Source: Saccostrea cucullata (lineage: Eukaryota). From it: DNA of 62,091 nucleotides. Under the pieces are notes generated by a model. That model had not been told where the DNA came from. It searched no databases and saw nothing but the letters and a program-made list of their open reading frames with translations. Below are positions 24,719 to 37,267 of this stretch, in pieces; within the stretch, counting starts at the first letter, position 1, and each line of letters opens with the position of its first letter. The position numbers were made by a program, and so were the translations under genes. The stretch spans positions 124,001-186,091 of the forward strand of contig NW_026921340.1 of NCBI RefSeq assembly GCF_032062105.1. The letters are read 5' to 3'.

Positions 24719-27057
24719 TTATTGCACTGGATTTGTGTATAAACGCATGTGGTTTTCAATGATCTGAAACATTTCATTAGGTTGCGGAATTCTCCCTGTC
24801 TCTAATTTTGACCACACAGGAACATCTGCAGAAAACGAAATTTGTTTAATAAAATAGATACATGTATTTCAATCTGTTAGGCTGCTCATCTGATAAATAA
24901 AGCTTTAAATTTAGAGAGTTCTTAGTTGTTTCTACATTAATTAATATAATGATACACTTCTATTCCAGTTCTTTATTTTCAATTCCTGATACTGTAAATA
25001 TAAATCCAAATACATTTTTCTATCACATGACAATTCTATGTATTGATCATTACAAATATCTTCACAAACCATTAAATATGACTTCAAAAGCCCCAGTAGA
25101 AATCATCTGTCCCTCTATAGCATTGCTGATAAAAAACACCATAAGGCAAGCATAAATCTGAAAGAATCAGAACAGACATTTCTGACATGTACGATAAGGA
25201 TATGATCCATCTCCAATTAACAAACGAAAAGGATAGGGTTCATAATATTATTCAACATTCTGCAAAATGACAACTTTGTAATACTCCATCTTATTTTTCT
25301 TTTCAACTATCTCAATTTACAACTTCTTTACTTTTATGTAAATTTCAAATGAAGCTTACATGTTTTACGACAACAATGTTGTAAAAATCTAATATAAATT
25401 CTTTTTCTATATATATCTTTATTCTTATTCATTGGGTGTATTTTCCTCACGCCATTAACCAAATTGAATTCTCTTTCTTTTTATCAGTATTTATTTCAGT
25501 TGTAAAATTAATATCAGCTAGAGCTGTAAATAATAATTTCTTATCATTACAACTTACATATACATATTTGAAACCCTTAAATTTTTTAATCCTTTTGCCA
25601 TGTTTAGTAAGACAGTTTTGGAAATATCTACCGGTAGAAAGAATTTTAGATTTTACCTTATTTTCTGACGCCCAGTTAAAAATACTAGGTGTCTCCATAT
25701 TCAGATGAGGAAATGGGTTCTGTCCACTAACAATCATAACAATGAGAACAAGTTTGAAAATACTTAGAAACTGAGCGACAGCGGCACGACCCGAGGGTGG
25801 GGGGTAGTTATCACCCTGGATGTCAAGTGCCGGAAATCGCTCATGAAGAAGCTGGGCATACTGGTCAAAGACCTTCCTGTACCCTCAGGAGTAACTGAAA
25901 AGAGAAATGATGAAAATTGTTTTAGTTTTACTAAGTTGTTACCAAGGACTCTCAATTCTAATGAACAGATATTGACAGTCTACATGCAATTTGCTCTCTT
26001 TAATATAATATTGCCACAGTTGCCCCTCTTGTGCCAAAGCTTAAGCATTAAAACTTTAAATAGTCACTCATCCAGAAAATCTAAGTCAAATTCGGCATCT
26101 AAAGCTAGTTTGATACTGTTCATCCCATGTGCAGGTTTGGTCTACGTTACAAATACAATATACGAAAAAACAAGTGCGACTGTGCTTTTGCCCTAGTTGC
26201 CTAAAATTTTGTGTAACCAAAGCCATTAGTCTGTAACTAAAGTGTCAATTCTTAAGTAGCTAAAAATTTATTTAATGAAGGAAGTCTTCGCAAGGTTAAA
26301 AATTGTAACAGATAAGATAAGATAAGATATGTTTTATTACTAATTCAGTGCCCAAATGAGCATAAAGAGTACAAACTTACAAGAGAAAGGCCTAAAATAT
26401 AGTTGACAGAAAAAGAAAAAAAAAAAAAAACATTTAGACATACATGAACCTATATAAACATGTACATAAAATAGACATATGACTCTTCAATGTATATATA
26501 CATATGTATCATATTGTGGTATGGGGCATCAGTATTTAGGCCTAATGGCAATTAATTAATGTACATGCATTTTTGAACTTAATGTTTATAAGACAGATAC
26601 AGAAGAAAAAAAAAGGCAAAGTACATTAGTAGTAGAGACTGAAGTACACATGAATTGAATAATTATGTAATCATGTAACAAAAGAGAATGACATTGAAAG
26701 CATTATGCATGGGAATCTACCATTGTGATAATAACAGTTAGAATGATGAAATTAGATCAATATTTTCAGAATGAGATAATTTTCACGTTTTCAGTTTAAT
26801 GTTCAAGGCAATTTGATGAAATCAAAGTTACTGAGTCATGACTGCGTTGTAAATAAAACCGATGTTCCATCTTTCGTAAGAAATTCTTACCAAAACAAAA
26901 ATTTAAGGGTCGGTCCAGCAAATTTAGACAATTTGGGGGTCTTGATGTCCTTCTGTACGTCTTGTGCTTGTTCACTGTGACTTAAATCTCTCCATGTGAG
27001 GAAAATCAGCGCCGAAAACACCAGAACCATAGGTAGCTGACCCATTCCGTCAGCCAT
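24719..27057 (-). CDS. SELENOT: Selenoprotein T (199 aa; thioredoxin-like Rdx family)
   Basis: Exons 27057-26891, 25894-25657, 25157-25070 and 24825-24719, all GT-AG with consistent phases (600 nt). Translation: LKFLFCYSUGYRKVFDQY...ENKIYACLMVFFISNAIEGQMISTGAFEV...DVPVWSKLETGRIPQP. In-frame TGA at 25887-25885. Confidence 0.95.
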
Positions 27058-27258
27058 TAGCTTTACCGGAAGTGTGATCGAAGGTTCAACTAATAACCCC
27101 AAAACCATTGGGGTTATGCTAAATGCAAAGGAAAGTGAGAGAGTGATTAATTTCCTCCACATAGAGATATTTGAATTATACATTGACATATAATTCAATA
27201 AATATTAAAATAAGTTTACATTTATAAACATACTAAATTCCCAAATACAAGAAAATAT

Positions 27259-29897
27259 GGCTCAAGTTCAATATAAGACGAAAATAGTTCCAATTTTTTT
27301 TTCTCGTAAGAATATTTTTTTTTTGCATATTCATCAATATTCATAAATGTATAAAATAAAATAAATTACCATATTTTGCATATGAATCAAATTTGAATAT
27401 TAATGAATATTTGGGGCCATTATTGGTAAATTAGTTATATAAACCAATTGCATTCTATATTGTCAACCAATTATTATATAAAATGGATCATAAAGTACGA
27501 AACAAGATATGTATCTTACATATGATTTTATTTAAGTATCAATAAATTTTAATGTGCGCTTAGTAGTCATAAATGAACATTTGTTCATAAGCATGCTACT
27601 ATATCTGGTCGACAGGCAGACGGGTTGACATTATCATAAATGCTACTAAGGTTGACACTAGTGTAAATATATATTTCAAAGTCATAAAATATCATTTGTT
27701 CAAAAAAAATCCTTATATGTCTGCTTAACAGGTTGACAGGTCGACAGGTTGACAGGTCGACGGGTCGACAGGTTGACAGGTCCACAGGTTGACAGGTCGA
27801 CAGGTAGACAGGTCGACAGGTTGACATCAATAATACTGTGAAGTTTGAAAGTAAATTTGTTAATAAATGTGCTTTTATATCTGGTTGACAGGTTGACAAC
27901 ATTATTCAAATGTATTTTTAATTGACAATAAGACGTGCTGATATGGAATGCCATATACGACAGCCAACTGCTTACTGTCAACTGCTGACTGCTTACTGCC
28001 AACTGTCAGCTGCTTACTGCCAACTGCCACACATATTTGAATAAATTTTATTTTTGTATTGATATTTATATGAATTTTTACAAAAAAGGGGGAAAAAAAG
28101 GCACGGATCCAGGACATTTTTTCCAAGGGGGTCACCCTGGTAAATTTGAATTGAATAAAATGACCAATATGTTTTATCATATGACGCCAGTTTCGAGATT
28201 GTAACTCTCCTACGATAGAGGCGCAAAAAGTACCCATTTCAGCATGGAGGTGGGACAGGTTTTCTCTGTATACAAAAGTGCATAAATAAAAGAACGATAT
28301 TTATGGCTTTTAAAATTAATTAAATGTCATAGAAAGATAATAAAGTTATGCAGTGATGCATTTGATGATTTTATCAAGCTCAACTATGCATATTTACAAT
28401 TCTACTATAAATTTTCGGGTACTTGAAAACGAAAAAACGTCATAGTCTTTATACAAAGTAACAGATTTTTTTCATTGTTCGAACATTTTCTAAAAAGTTA
28501 GTGTTTTTAAGTTAAAATAAGGAAAAGAATCAATATGTAATTTAGATTCCCGACGTGCAATGACCAGATGCATGTGTATCGTATTTATAAGAGGTCCATA
28601 TCTCTTCCTTCGTCAGAAAAGTCTCATATCCACTGATATTTTCTTTTTTTTTTTCGCTATTTTTGATTTAAAAATGATGCCTTTACTTTAATTCGGTTAT
28701 TCTCAAGCTGCAGAGTGCATCCTGACAATCGTGTAGTTATGATAAACCGGTATATCGATGATGCAATGTATCCAACATACACAATATCAAATATCTGTCC
28801 CACCTGTTTGTTTACGCGGCAACGAAACCCCCCTCCTCAACGAAAGAGCGCACCAAGGGAGATAATCTCGAAACTTGCGTGTTGTGTATTTGCCGTCGGG
28901 TTCGGCGTCTCAATAATTACATTATGTTGTTCTAAAATTAAACTCTGAAGCTGACGAACGTGTTCTTGTCTTCTCCCGGGTTTTTGGAGCCACGTGGTGC
29001 CAAACTAGGACCCACACCATTGCCAAAGCACCACAGTATGGCGCATAAGAACCCCCTCTCCCCGGCCGAAATAAATTTTCACATTTAGGAAAGGACTTTA
29101 TGTATTTTTTTCTTGTCAAGAAATTTCTGGGTTGGATTTTTTTTTTACCAGAGTGACCCTCTTGGAAAAAATGTCCTATAGATCCGCGCTTTTTTTTTAA
29201 ATTTACATAAATATCAATATAACAATAAAATTTATTCAAATATGTGTGGCAGTTGGCAGTCAGCAGTTGGCAGTAAGCAGTTGGCTGTCGTATATGGCAT
29301 TCCATATGCTGACAATTTATATATTCAGCTTATTTATAGTAAAATGAGTCAGCATAATACACATTGTTAAGGTAATTTGGTTTCTGTGTCAAATGGAGAT
29401 GTATATATATCTAACTGTTATCAGACATTGCGCATATATAATGAGAATAAAATTTAGACTTTCAGGCATTCAATAAACATGTATCTTATGATATAACCTG
29501 TCTACCTGTCAACCTGTCGACTTGTCGACCTGTCAAACCTGCTGTCAAATTGTTGTTCTTCATTTAAACTGTTGACCTGTCGACCTGTCGACCTGTCAAA
29601 TTGTTGTTCTTAATTTAAACTGTTGACCTGTCTACCTGTCAACCTGTCGACTTGTAAGCCTGTCGACCTGTCAACCTGTCGACCTTTCAAATTATTGTTC
29701 TGAAAACAATTTCATTTGTTTAATATTCATTAAAAAGTAATTAGCATTAAATGTTTTGTTCATATATTTATATTAGAATATAATTGATATAATTATACAT
29801 GAATATTTATGATCTTACAAAAATATTATAATAACAAAACCGATTTACTGCAGAGTATGTGGATGGGACTATTTTCGTCTTATTTTGTACTTGACCC
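27259..29897. mobile_element. 2.6-kb non-autonomous foldback-like DNA transposon
   Basis: ~30-bp TIR ggctcaagttcaatataagacgaaaatagt / actattttcgtcttattttgtacttgaccc. TSD GAAAATAT at 27251-27258 and 29898-29905. Inverted 9-bp (gtcgacagg/ttgacagg) arrays in both arms. Confidence 0.85.
27941..29307. mobile_element. Inner element with ~170-200-bp inverted arms nested in the foldback element
   Basis: atatggaatgccatatacgacagccaactgc...gtcaccctggtaaa (27941-28144) is mirrored at 29143-29307. GCTG lies on both flanks. Confidence 0.65.
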
Positions 29898-30051
29898 GAA
29901 AATATGAACAATTTTATGACTAAAAATTATATTAAAAAATTCGTCTATGATAATTTAAAATTATCATCTGGAATCTCAGTTTTTATGAAGTTGAGCCCCC
30001 GCAATTTTAAACATGTATATAATGTTATGTAGGGGCTTGCCTCTTCCACAG

Positions 30052-30354
30052 GCACCTGACGAATAGATGGTGTAACACCCAACCACCACCACCCCCTTCT
30101 GGAATTTTTTATTAGACACACAAACTTATCAAAAAATACACGATTTCCTAGCCTATCATTCTTATATATGTAGTTTGATATATAGTCGTACTGGGCCAAT
30201 TTCTAAATCTCAACAAAAGTGAACAATGATATCAGATATCGAAATATAAGAATGATGGACTGGGAAATCATGTATTCTTGATAAGTTTTTGTGTCTAATA
30301 AAAATTCTCAGAAGCTGGGGGGGGGGGGGGGCACACCATCAATTCGTCAGGTGC
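30052..30354. mobile_element. Hairpin MITE with ~115-bp inverted arms
   Basis: gcacctgacgaat..gatggtgt..ttattagacac..cattcttatat is mirrored by atataagaatg..gtgtctaataa..caccatcaattcgtcaggtgc. Confidence 0.7.
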
Positions 30355-31408
30355 ATTTGGCCTATAGCTATTCCATCAGAATGGTATGTCATTGTTTCAT
30401 GATCTTTTTTATAGGAAGTACATAATGTGTATATATCATAAGCTTTCTTTAATGATGATTATATTTTATTTTGTCGCAAAACATTTTAATTGTATGCACA
30501 AAGTCAGGGGGAGCATTGAATTATGGTGAATGAATGTAAGAGTTACCTCCCTTTATGCAGTACATGTATAAGATATATATCACAAACTTGAGCACGGACT
30601 GACAACACTGATGATCGAGTTGGTTTTGATTTCTTACATTTCTACTCTGAATTTTCTGGATTAAATTTTAACATTTTTCAGTAAAAAAACAACAAAATTT
30701 TTACTATTCTTAAATCCTTGTTTTGCTCTGGGAGATCCGAAATAGGTGCACAATGGCATTATCTGATATAAAGAATCTGTGAAAGTATCATTTCATTTTA
30801 TTCAGTGGTATAGGAGGAGTTGCAGATAAAAGATGGATACTCTTTAATATTATACATGTAAAAAGAATTGCAGTGTCCATGTTTTGCTATGGGAAACCTA
30901 AATTATGTGTCAGATCAAAAAGTATAAGTCGGACGAACACATGCACAGCCAGACGGACGGAAAGACCCTCCCACTTTCAAGCAATGGGATAAATATTCTG
31001 CATGATGTAAATGCATTTTTTTTTTATTTGTGCATGAACAAAATATATCGTTTTCCCTATGCTGCATTTATTTTCTAGACAAGTTTCCGTTGATTTTCAG
31101 TATGACTTAAGAAAGGAACTAAAAAAAGCTATATATTATATTTATATTTATAAACGTCATTTAGATGTACATAGCGTAAAATCAGTAAGGCGATCGATTG
31201 TTTATCATCTGAATCTTTTGCAAAATTTTAATTATCAGTTTGCAATTAACGTCTTTTAACCCTTGTCATTTTTTATTCATCGTCTCGAGCCATAGATGAC
31301 GTTTTTTTTTATTGTGTTTGCATGGACTATATGATTCCGTATAAGCAGAATTTTTACCGAGGATTTAATTTTTGCCTAATAAGCGAGGGTGCTGTGAAGT
31401 ACTTGTGG

Positions 31409-31500
31409 GCACTTGTTTCGGTAATAAATTTTCAACCCATGGTAAAATAATAACAATGTTATTACCATGGGTTAAAATTTTATTTCAGTAACAAGTGTCT
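31409..31500. repeat. ~90-bp imperfect palindrome (mini-MITE-like)
   Basis: cacttgtt..aattttcaacccatggtaa / ttaccatgggttaaaatttt..aacaagtg. Confidence 0.55.
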
Positions 31501-32305
31501 GGGGCTAGAATTTAATATCGCGAAAAATTAATTGCATTCATTTGTTATAGCTTCTTAAGTGAGTATTATAAATTGCTATAATTACATCTCGCTAAAAATA
31601 AAATATAATTTTTTAAGGACATATCGCTAAATTGTCGTCTCTTTAAAATTTCCACTTACAAGGTAGATCGTTTTGATCAAAGGTATAATAATTAAATACC
31701 TGGGCCAGGGGATGAGAGAAAAATGGGGAAGGGGATAGAGGAGGATGAAAACTGTAAGAAGAGTAGAGAAGAAGGATAGGAAAAAGTAACTGGAAGGGAA
31801 AAGGAGAGATGTAACAAAACACCAATATAAGCCTAACCTCTCAACACTACTTGAAATGTGATCTAGTATTTAATATCTATTCATTTACCATGTTTACCAT
31901 TTTCAATAATTTTAAATAACCTCGTTGGTTCTCGATACAGAAAATGTGTGTATATTCCGCTCTATTTCGTCCACATCTTCAAAAGAAGTCGCTTTTCAGT
32001 GATTGTTGCCATATTTCAATAAAAACGGAAGTACGTATTTACTTGTTACAAGAATGTCCATGCATTACTGGCTTTTCAAGTTTCTACAACTACAAATTTC
32101 ACTATTTACCTTCCAAAGAAAATCTAGTCATTACATTCACGTAAACACATATTTTGCTGTATAATTTTGAAAAACAGATGATTTTGGCTTGAACTGTTCG
32201 TTTATGGAATTCTGATCATTAATCTAAAAAGGAGAATGCAATATTTTTTCACCTGGAGCGAGAAATTCCGTTGGAAGTGACAGTGCTTTTTGCAGCGTGT
32301 GAGTT

Positions 32306-33448
32306 ATGTCGCTGGAGAACCGCATTATCCATGGTGTGCTGGACAATCATGAGGGATTTCTGCGTCGCCATCTCGTTCTCACGCCAACCGTCATTGAAGA
32401 ACTCAGACGAAGGGTCATTATAACAAGCAGTACCAAGGACAGAATGGCCAAGGTACCAGTCAAGGCAGAGATTTAGAGAAAATTGACAAAACATGACTGT
32501 TGTATGAAAATGTTATAATTATGTTTCAATTCACTAATTTCAATTATATTTGAAGCTTTTTAACTCTTTTTTGCATGGTCGCTTTGGTCGCATTGCGTGC
32601 TGTTTGAAAAAAAAATTCATTGTTTATAAATCTATAGAAATGGACAAGTGCTGTGATTTTGGTTTATCTTGTCATTTCATAAATAACTGCTCAGCGGCAC
32701 GCAACAAGATTTAGCATAAGTATCTTGAGATGACCAATTATTTTGAACGATTTTTCAGGTTTCCCCCGACGCTCAAATCACGCTTTTGATTGACATCCTA
32801 CGTCGCCGTGGAATCCGAACTCTGGCCAAGTTTCTGCGTATCCTAAAAGAGTCCTTAGATGGATGGATAGCGGACAAAATACTGAGCACAGACCTGCGAG
32901 TACTCAACAAATACACTCTAACAGACGACAGAACGCTGACTGATTTTATCATTCGGGTCTGTGGACCACCTACCCCGGAAACCAAGCCGGAACCGCCCAT
33001 TAAACAGACGACAGAACCAGCAGCAGGTCGTTTCACAATAAACAATCAAATCCAAAGACCACCAAAGCAACCCAGAAATGAACATGAAGGAGGAATGATA
33101 TATTTCTTTCCTACTCCCCCTACACAAATTGCAGAAGTACCAGGACAAGTTCAACATCTGCATCACGTTTTTGAAGAAAGAAACCATCAGATCAGTAACA
33201 CCTTGTCTGTATTAAAACAAGAGGAACAAGCGATAAAAGATATACTGGAGAAAAATGTCTCAGAGCAACGACATCTAAACAAGAACCAAATGGCTATTCA
33301 CGATATAAGCAGACGACTGCAGTCCATACACCACGAGGCGGGACAACTTCTGAAATCGGCGCCAAATGACGACATTGTAAGAAAAAGATTGCATCACTTA
33401 CACGAGGTACCTTGGAACTCGACAAAACCCAGACACAAAATGATTTGA
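32306..33448 (+). CDS. Two-exon 278-aa protein: N-terminal CARD/death-fold-like domain, Pro-rich linker, C-terminal coiled coil
   Basis: Exon 32306-32452 (MSLENRIIHGVLDNHEGFLRRHLVLTPTVIEELRRRVII...) splices in phase 0 to 32759-33448 (..LLIDILRRRGIRTLAKFLRILKES..WIADKI). The pattern resembles CARD helices 4-6. AATAAA at ~33521. Confidence 0.65.
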
Positions 33449-33709
33449 GACACAAAGTGCAAGGAGACAACAATTATGAAAAGTAACATATAATTAAGTT
33501 TTGTTTAAATAAGAAAAAGTAATAAAGCAGATTTACATTTTTATTTCTTCAAGTCTCATAAGAACATGAATAATGTTCATTAAAGTAATATAAAGTTGTG
33601 TCGACTTATAAAAAAAATATTGCAAAATGTTTGGATTTTTAACATCGTGGAGAGTTTTCAACACCTTGATATTAATTTCTTGATCTTTTTATTACCAAAA
33701 TAGCTCATA

Positions 33710-33815
33710 GGAGCTCGTAACGACTTATTTGTTTTGATTAGGTTTGACCATCCTTATATTTTTATTGGGGGTAGTCAATTTTTATCAAGACAAATAAGTC
33801 GTGACGAGACCCTGT
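33710..33815. repeat. ~105-bp imperfect palindrome between convergent 3' ends
   Basis: ctcgtaacgacttatttgttttgat / atcaagacaaataagtcgtgacgag. Confidence 0.6.
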
Positions 33816-34527
33816 GACCCAGACATCTATTTTTTGTTTGCATCATCTGTCTTTAGAACATTTCATCTATTTTGAGCAAGGTATAAAATAGGAAAAAAAA
33901 AACATCGAGAAAAATTTAATTTCATTAATGATGCATTGTCGTTATCATATATAAACATTAAACAAATTATCAAACAATGTATTACATGTAGTAAAACTAC
34001 AAGATGTACATATACACAATGCATGTAATATGATTGGTGTATTATTTAATTCATATAGAGTGTACATGTATTTTAACAGCATATCAAGATAATCGTATTG
34101 AAAAATAATTACACTGTATAGCAGCCTGCTTTGCTTCTAAATATTTTCAATGAATTATATAAATTATTGTTTATTCGAAGCACTGTAATCACATAAACAA
34201 GAGGAAGTTTCGTTATTAAAAAAAAACAAAAATCAAGAATGATTTAATATAAATAACGTTGACTTTTTCTACGTATAATGTAGACGTTTTGGATAATGCC
34301 ATGCTCGTAATTGTGTTTCCAAGACAACAAGAAAAAACTAAGAGGAAACCACGCACTTAAACTGAATCTGCTTTTGCACTATCGTGAAAGGAGTATTTTT
34401 TTACTTAGAGACACTATAGAAGTAACAGCTTATAAAAGCTTGCATTAGGATAAACTTAAGACTAGGGGTCAATAAATGGAATAAATAATGGACTTTACAC
34501 CATAAAAGCGGCTTTGGAAAACAAGCG

Positions 34528-35673
34528 TTAATGCAGATAAACGAGCGAGTCCAATAATTTCTTCAGTGATCTCAGAACACCGTGATAATTCACTGACAAT
34601 TCTCTCAGACGCTGATTGATGTCTTCTAACATTTTAAAACACTTTCTGGGAAAGAACTCGGGTGTTAATAGATGCCTGAAGAATAATTCGTTTGCCCTCT
34701 CCATGTTTCGTTTAGCATTATGCCCGTTACATAACCCCATCTCACACGTCAGATTGTACTCACACGAGCGTCTTTTTGTGTTGCTTTCTATTGAGTAGGC
34801 GTCACAAGAGGGCTCTAGATTATCTATATCATCTAAATCAATCATTTTAATTGTGGAATTAACCATTAGAAAGTGGTCCATTTTAAAGTCCCTCACTCTA
34901 AGAGATCCGAGGGGGGAATTAGCCAGATATTGAAAAAATGAAATAAGGTGCATCGATTGACGGATTTTATCCTCCTTCGAAAGACCTTTTAATTTTTCAA
35001 TTGATAAACTGGTTCCCCTCTCAAACACAGCCACCACACCGTGTTCTGACAAGTCTGTACTCTCTGATTCTTCACTGCGAACACAGTAACCATGAAGTCT
35101 TAAAAATCCTTCGTGATTAAGCTGATGAAGAAGCAGAATTTCTTTCATTAACTTCATTGTTGGAAATACAAAACACTTTGACCGTTTTAAGTTGTCCGAT
35201 CTATCCCGGTTAGGTAGACCATCCAAACACTCCCTAGCCTCTTTTTGGTGACGTGTCACCATTTTGACCACTACTTCCGCTCCTTCAAATAATCCTAGAA
35301 ATGCTTGTTTTGTTACACCATGTCCAATCTTCTCCTGCAATTTAATACTTTTAATATTTTCGCAGGTAAATACAATGTTTTCATACAAACACTTAGACTG
35401 ATATTCCTTGCATACACTCATAAATTTTCCATATTTTTTGCGCTCCGATAATGAAGGTTTCCAGTAAAAATCTGCATCAGGTGCTTTAGTCTGTTGTAAA
35501 TATGAAATATTTGTTTTCTCGAAAAACGTTTTCTGTATCGTGTCTGTTTGAGAAGTGACACCCTTTCCCTGCTCTGGGACATTGGAGATCAGCTCCAACA
35601 TGACAGCGAAATACAGGTAGATTAACAAAGGTAGGAAAACCATGAGACACCGAAGAATTTCCCTCCTCTTCAT
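34528..35673 (-). CDS. PKDCC: PKDCC/VLK-like secretory-pathway protein kinase (381 aa, intronless CDS)
   Basis: N-terminal signal anchor. Motifs IGHGVTKQAF, VVVKMV, KLMKEILLLHQLNH..LHGYC, SPLGSLRVRDFK, IKMIDLDD..EPSC and a Cys-rich C-lobe match the VLK family. Confidence 0.8.
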   Translation of the reverse strand: MKRREILRCLMVFLPLLIYLYFAVMLELISNVPEQGKGVTSQTDTIQKTFFEKTNISYLQQTKAPDADFYWKPSLSERKKYGKFMSVCKEYQSKCLYENIVFTCENIKSIKLQEKIGHGVTKQAFLGLFEGAEVVVKMVTRHQKEARECLDGLPNRDRSDNLKRSKCFVFPTMKLMKEILLLHQLNHEGFLRLHGYCVRSEESESTDLSEHGVVAVFERGTSLSIEKLKGLSKEDKIRQSMHLISFFQYLANSPLGSLRVRDFKMDHFLMVNSTIKMIDLDDIDNLEPSCDAYSIESNTKRRSCEYNLTCEMGLCNGHNAKRNMERANELFFRHLLTPEFFPRKCFKMLEDINQRLRELSVNYHGVLRSLKKLLDSLVYLH

Positions 35674-37267
35674 TATAAAATAGGAACTCCGGAAAACCGG
35701 CTTTTAATGACTTCTGTTTTCTATTTACTTCGAAAAACCATTTGCATTGATAAATGGTATTCTTATAAATATTCTTTCAATCGTAAATCCAATTCCGTAT
35801 AGAATTGTAATTATCATTAATAGAAAGTTACAGTGCTCGGTATACAAGTAAAATTACCACAGATAAGTTTCCAAACATATGATATTTAACAAATAGGCTT
35901 CATCATATACGGATACACAGATAAACTGCAGCACTATCGAGGTTTCCAAATGAAATCAAATATCTGAGTTTCCCCCTGTGACAAACGCAGGACCATTTGT
36001 CTGACTTTAGATATCAATGTTTCATCGAAAGCGTTGATTAACTTGAAGAAGGAAAGAGTCGAGGGCTGCTCTTAATATAATTACGATTCTCTGACTTACA
36101 ACAGCCTTAACGGATCAGTACCGAGGTGTCCACCGAATATACCCTAATCGATCTGCCATTATATTTCTAGCATTTTTTTCATTTTGCCCAAAAACAATTT
36201 AATATCTTGTAAGAAATTTATGGATAATTACTATTATTAATTCTCTAGAGAGTGAAGCGCTGGCTTCATCTAGTCAAAAAACTCTGACAGGACTCAACTT
36301 TGACTGGCTTTTAGAGGTGTATCATAATTATATCATTTTGTCAACGTGCTGGAGAAAGTTTTCATTATTTAATCTTCTGTCAAGATTGCTGCATCCATTC
36401 ACGTCATTCTGGCGCCAAAAACCTAAAACCTTTACTTAGGCATCTATATTTTTCCTCCATCCTTTCGTTACTTTTTAAGCAAACTTTTGCATATAGCAAT
36501 AAACCTTTATCTTTTAATTTTAGCGATGAAAACTGAATACTATTTGAAAATGGTGTATGATTCTACAATAAAAACGTTTGATACATTTTTACGCGGACGG
36601 TCCTAATAAATCTTTATTTATTTTCCAACAATTTAAGGCATACTTACAGTCTTGGAATGGTAATTTGATTTTTTTTTTAATTCAACCCTTTTAAATTAAC
36701 TTTTAAGAAACTAATTACCATGTTTTGTTACAATGACAGTCAACGAACCAGAGTTACAAATCTCCTTCAGTCAAAGGCAATTTTAAAGACTGTGAATTCT
36801 GAGCGTTGCTTTGGATTACAAATAGCAATTGGGGCATCCAACCAGAATCAAGCCAGACACTACCTTCACAATGTCAAGGTTTTGTGTTTATCATTCCTCT
36901 GGAGGTCAAATTCAGAGTACTGAGAGTAGATGTGAACTTTCTTTTTGTAAATTAGTAAAGAAATCTTACTACATACAATAATTCTTTTTGAAAGTTTTTA
37001 ATATGTATAAAACAAGTTTTATAATAAAAGTTCATTACTGAAAATTCTTTTCATAAATACATGTACATATAAAAACAACTTAGTGTATACAAAACTTCAA
37101 TAAGGATTTCCGATAACAAATAACAAATAAATGCACAATCACTGAAAGCATGAGTGTATCACCGATTAGTGTTTACATAAAGTCCTCAGTGCTCTGACAG
37201 TGCTTCATGGCTTACAATAACTTCTGTGTAACCTTTGCCCTTTGACCTGTCCAATGAAATGAATGAA

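Noticed and set aside
27585-29305. ORFs with LSTCRPVD / QLTVSS repeats
   Set aside because: Translations of 9-bp repeat arrays in the foldback arms. No transposase motifs.
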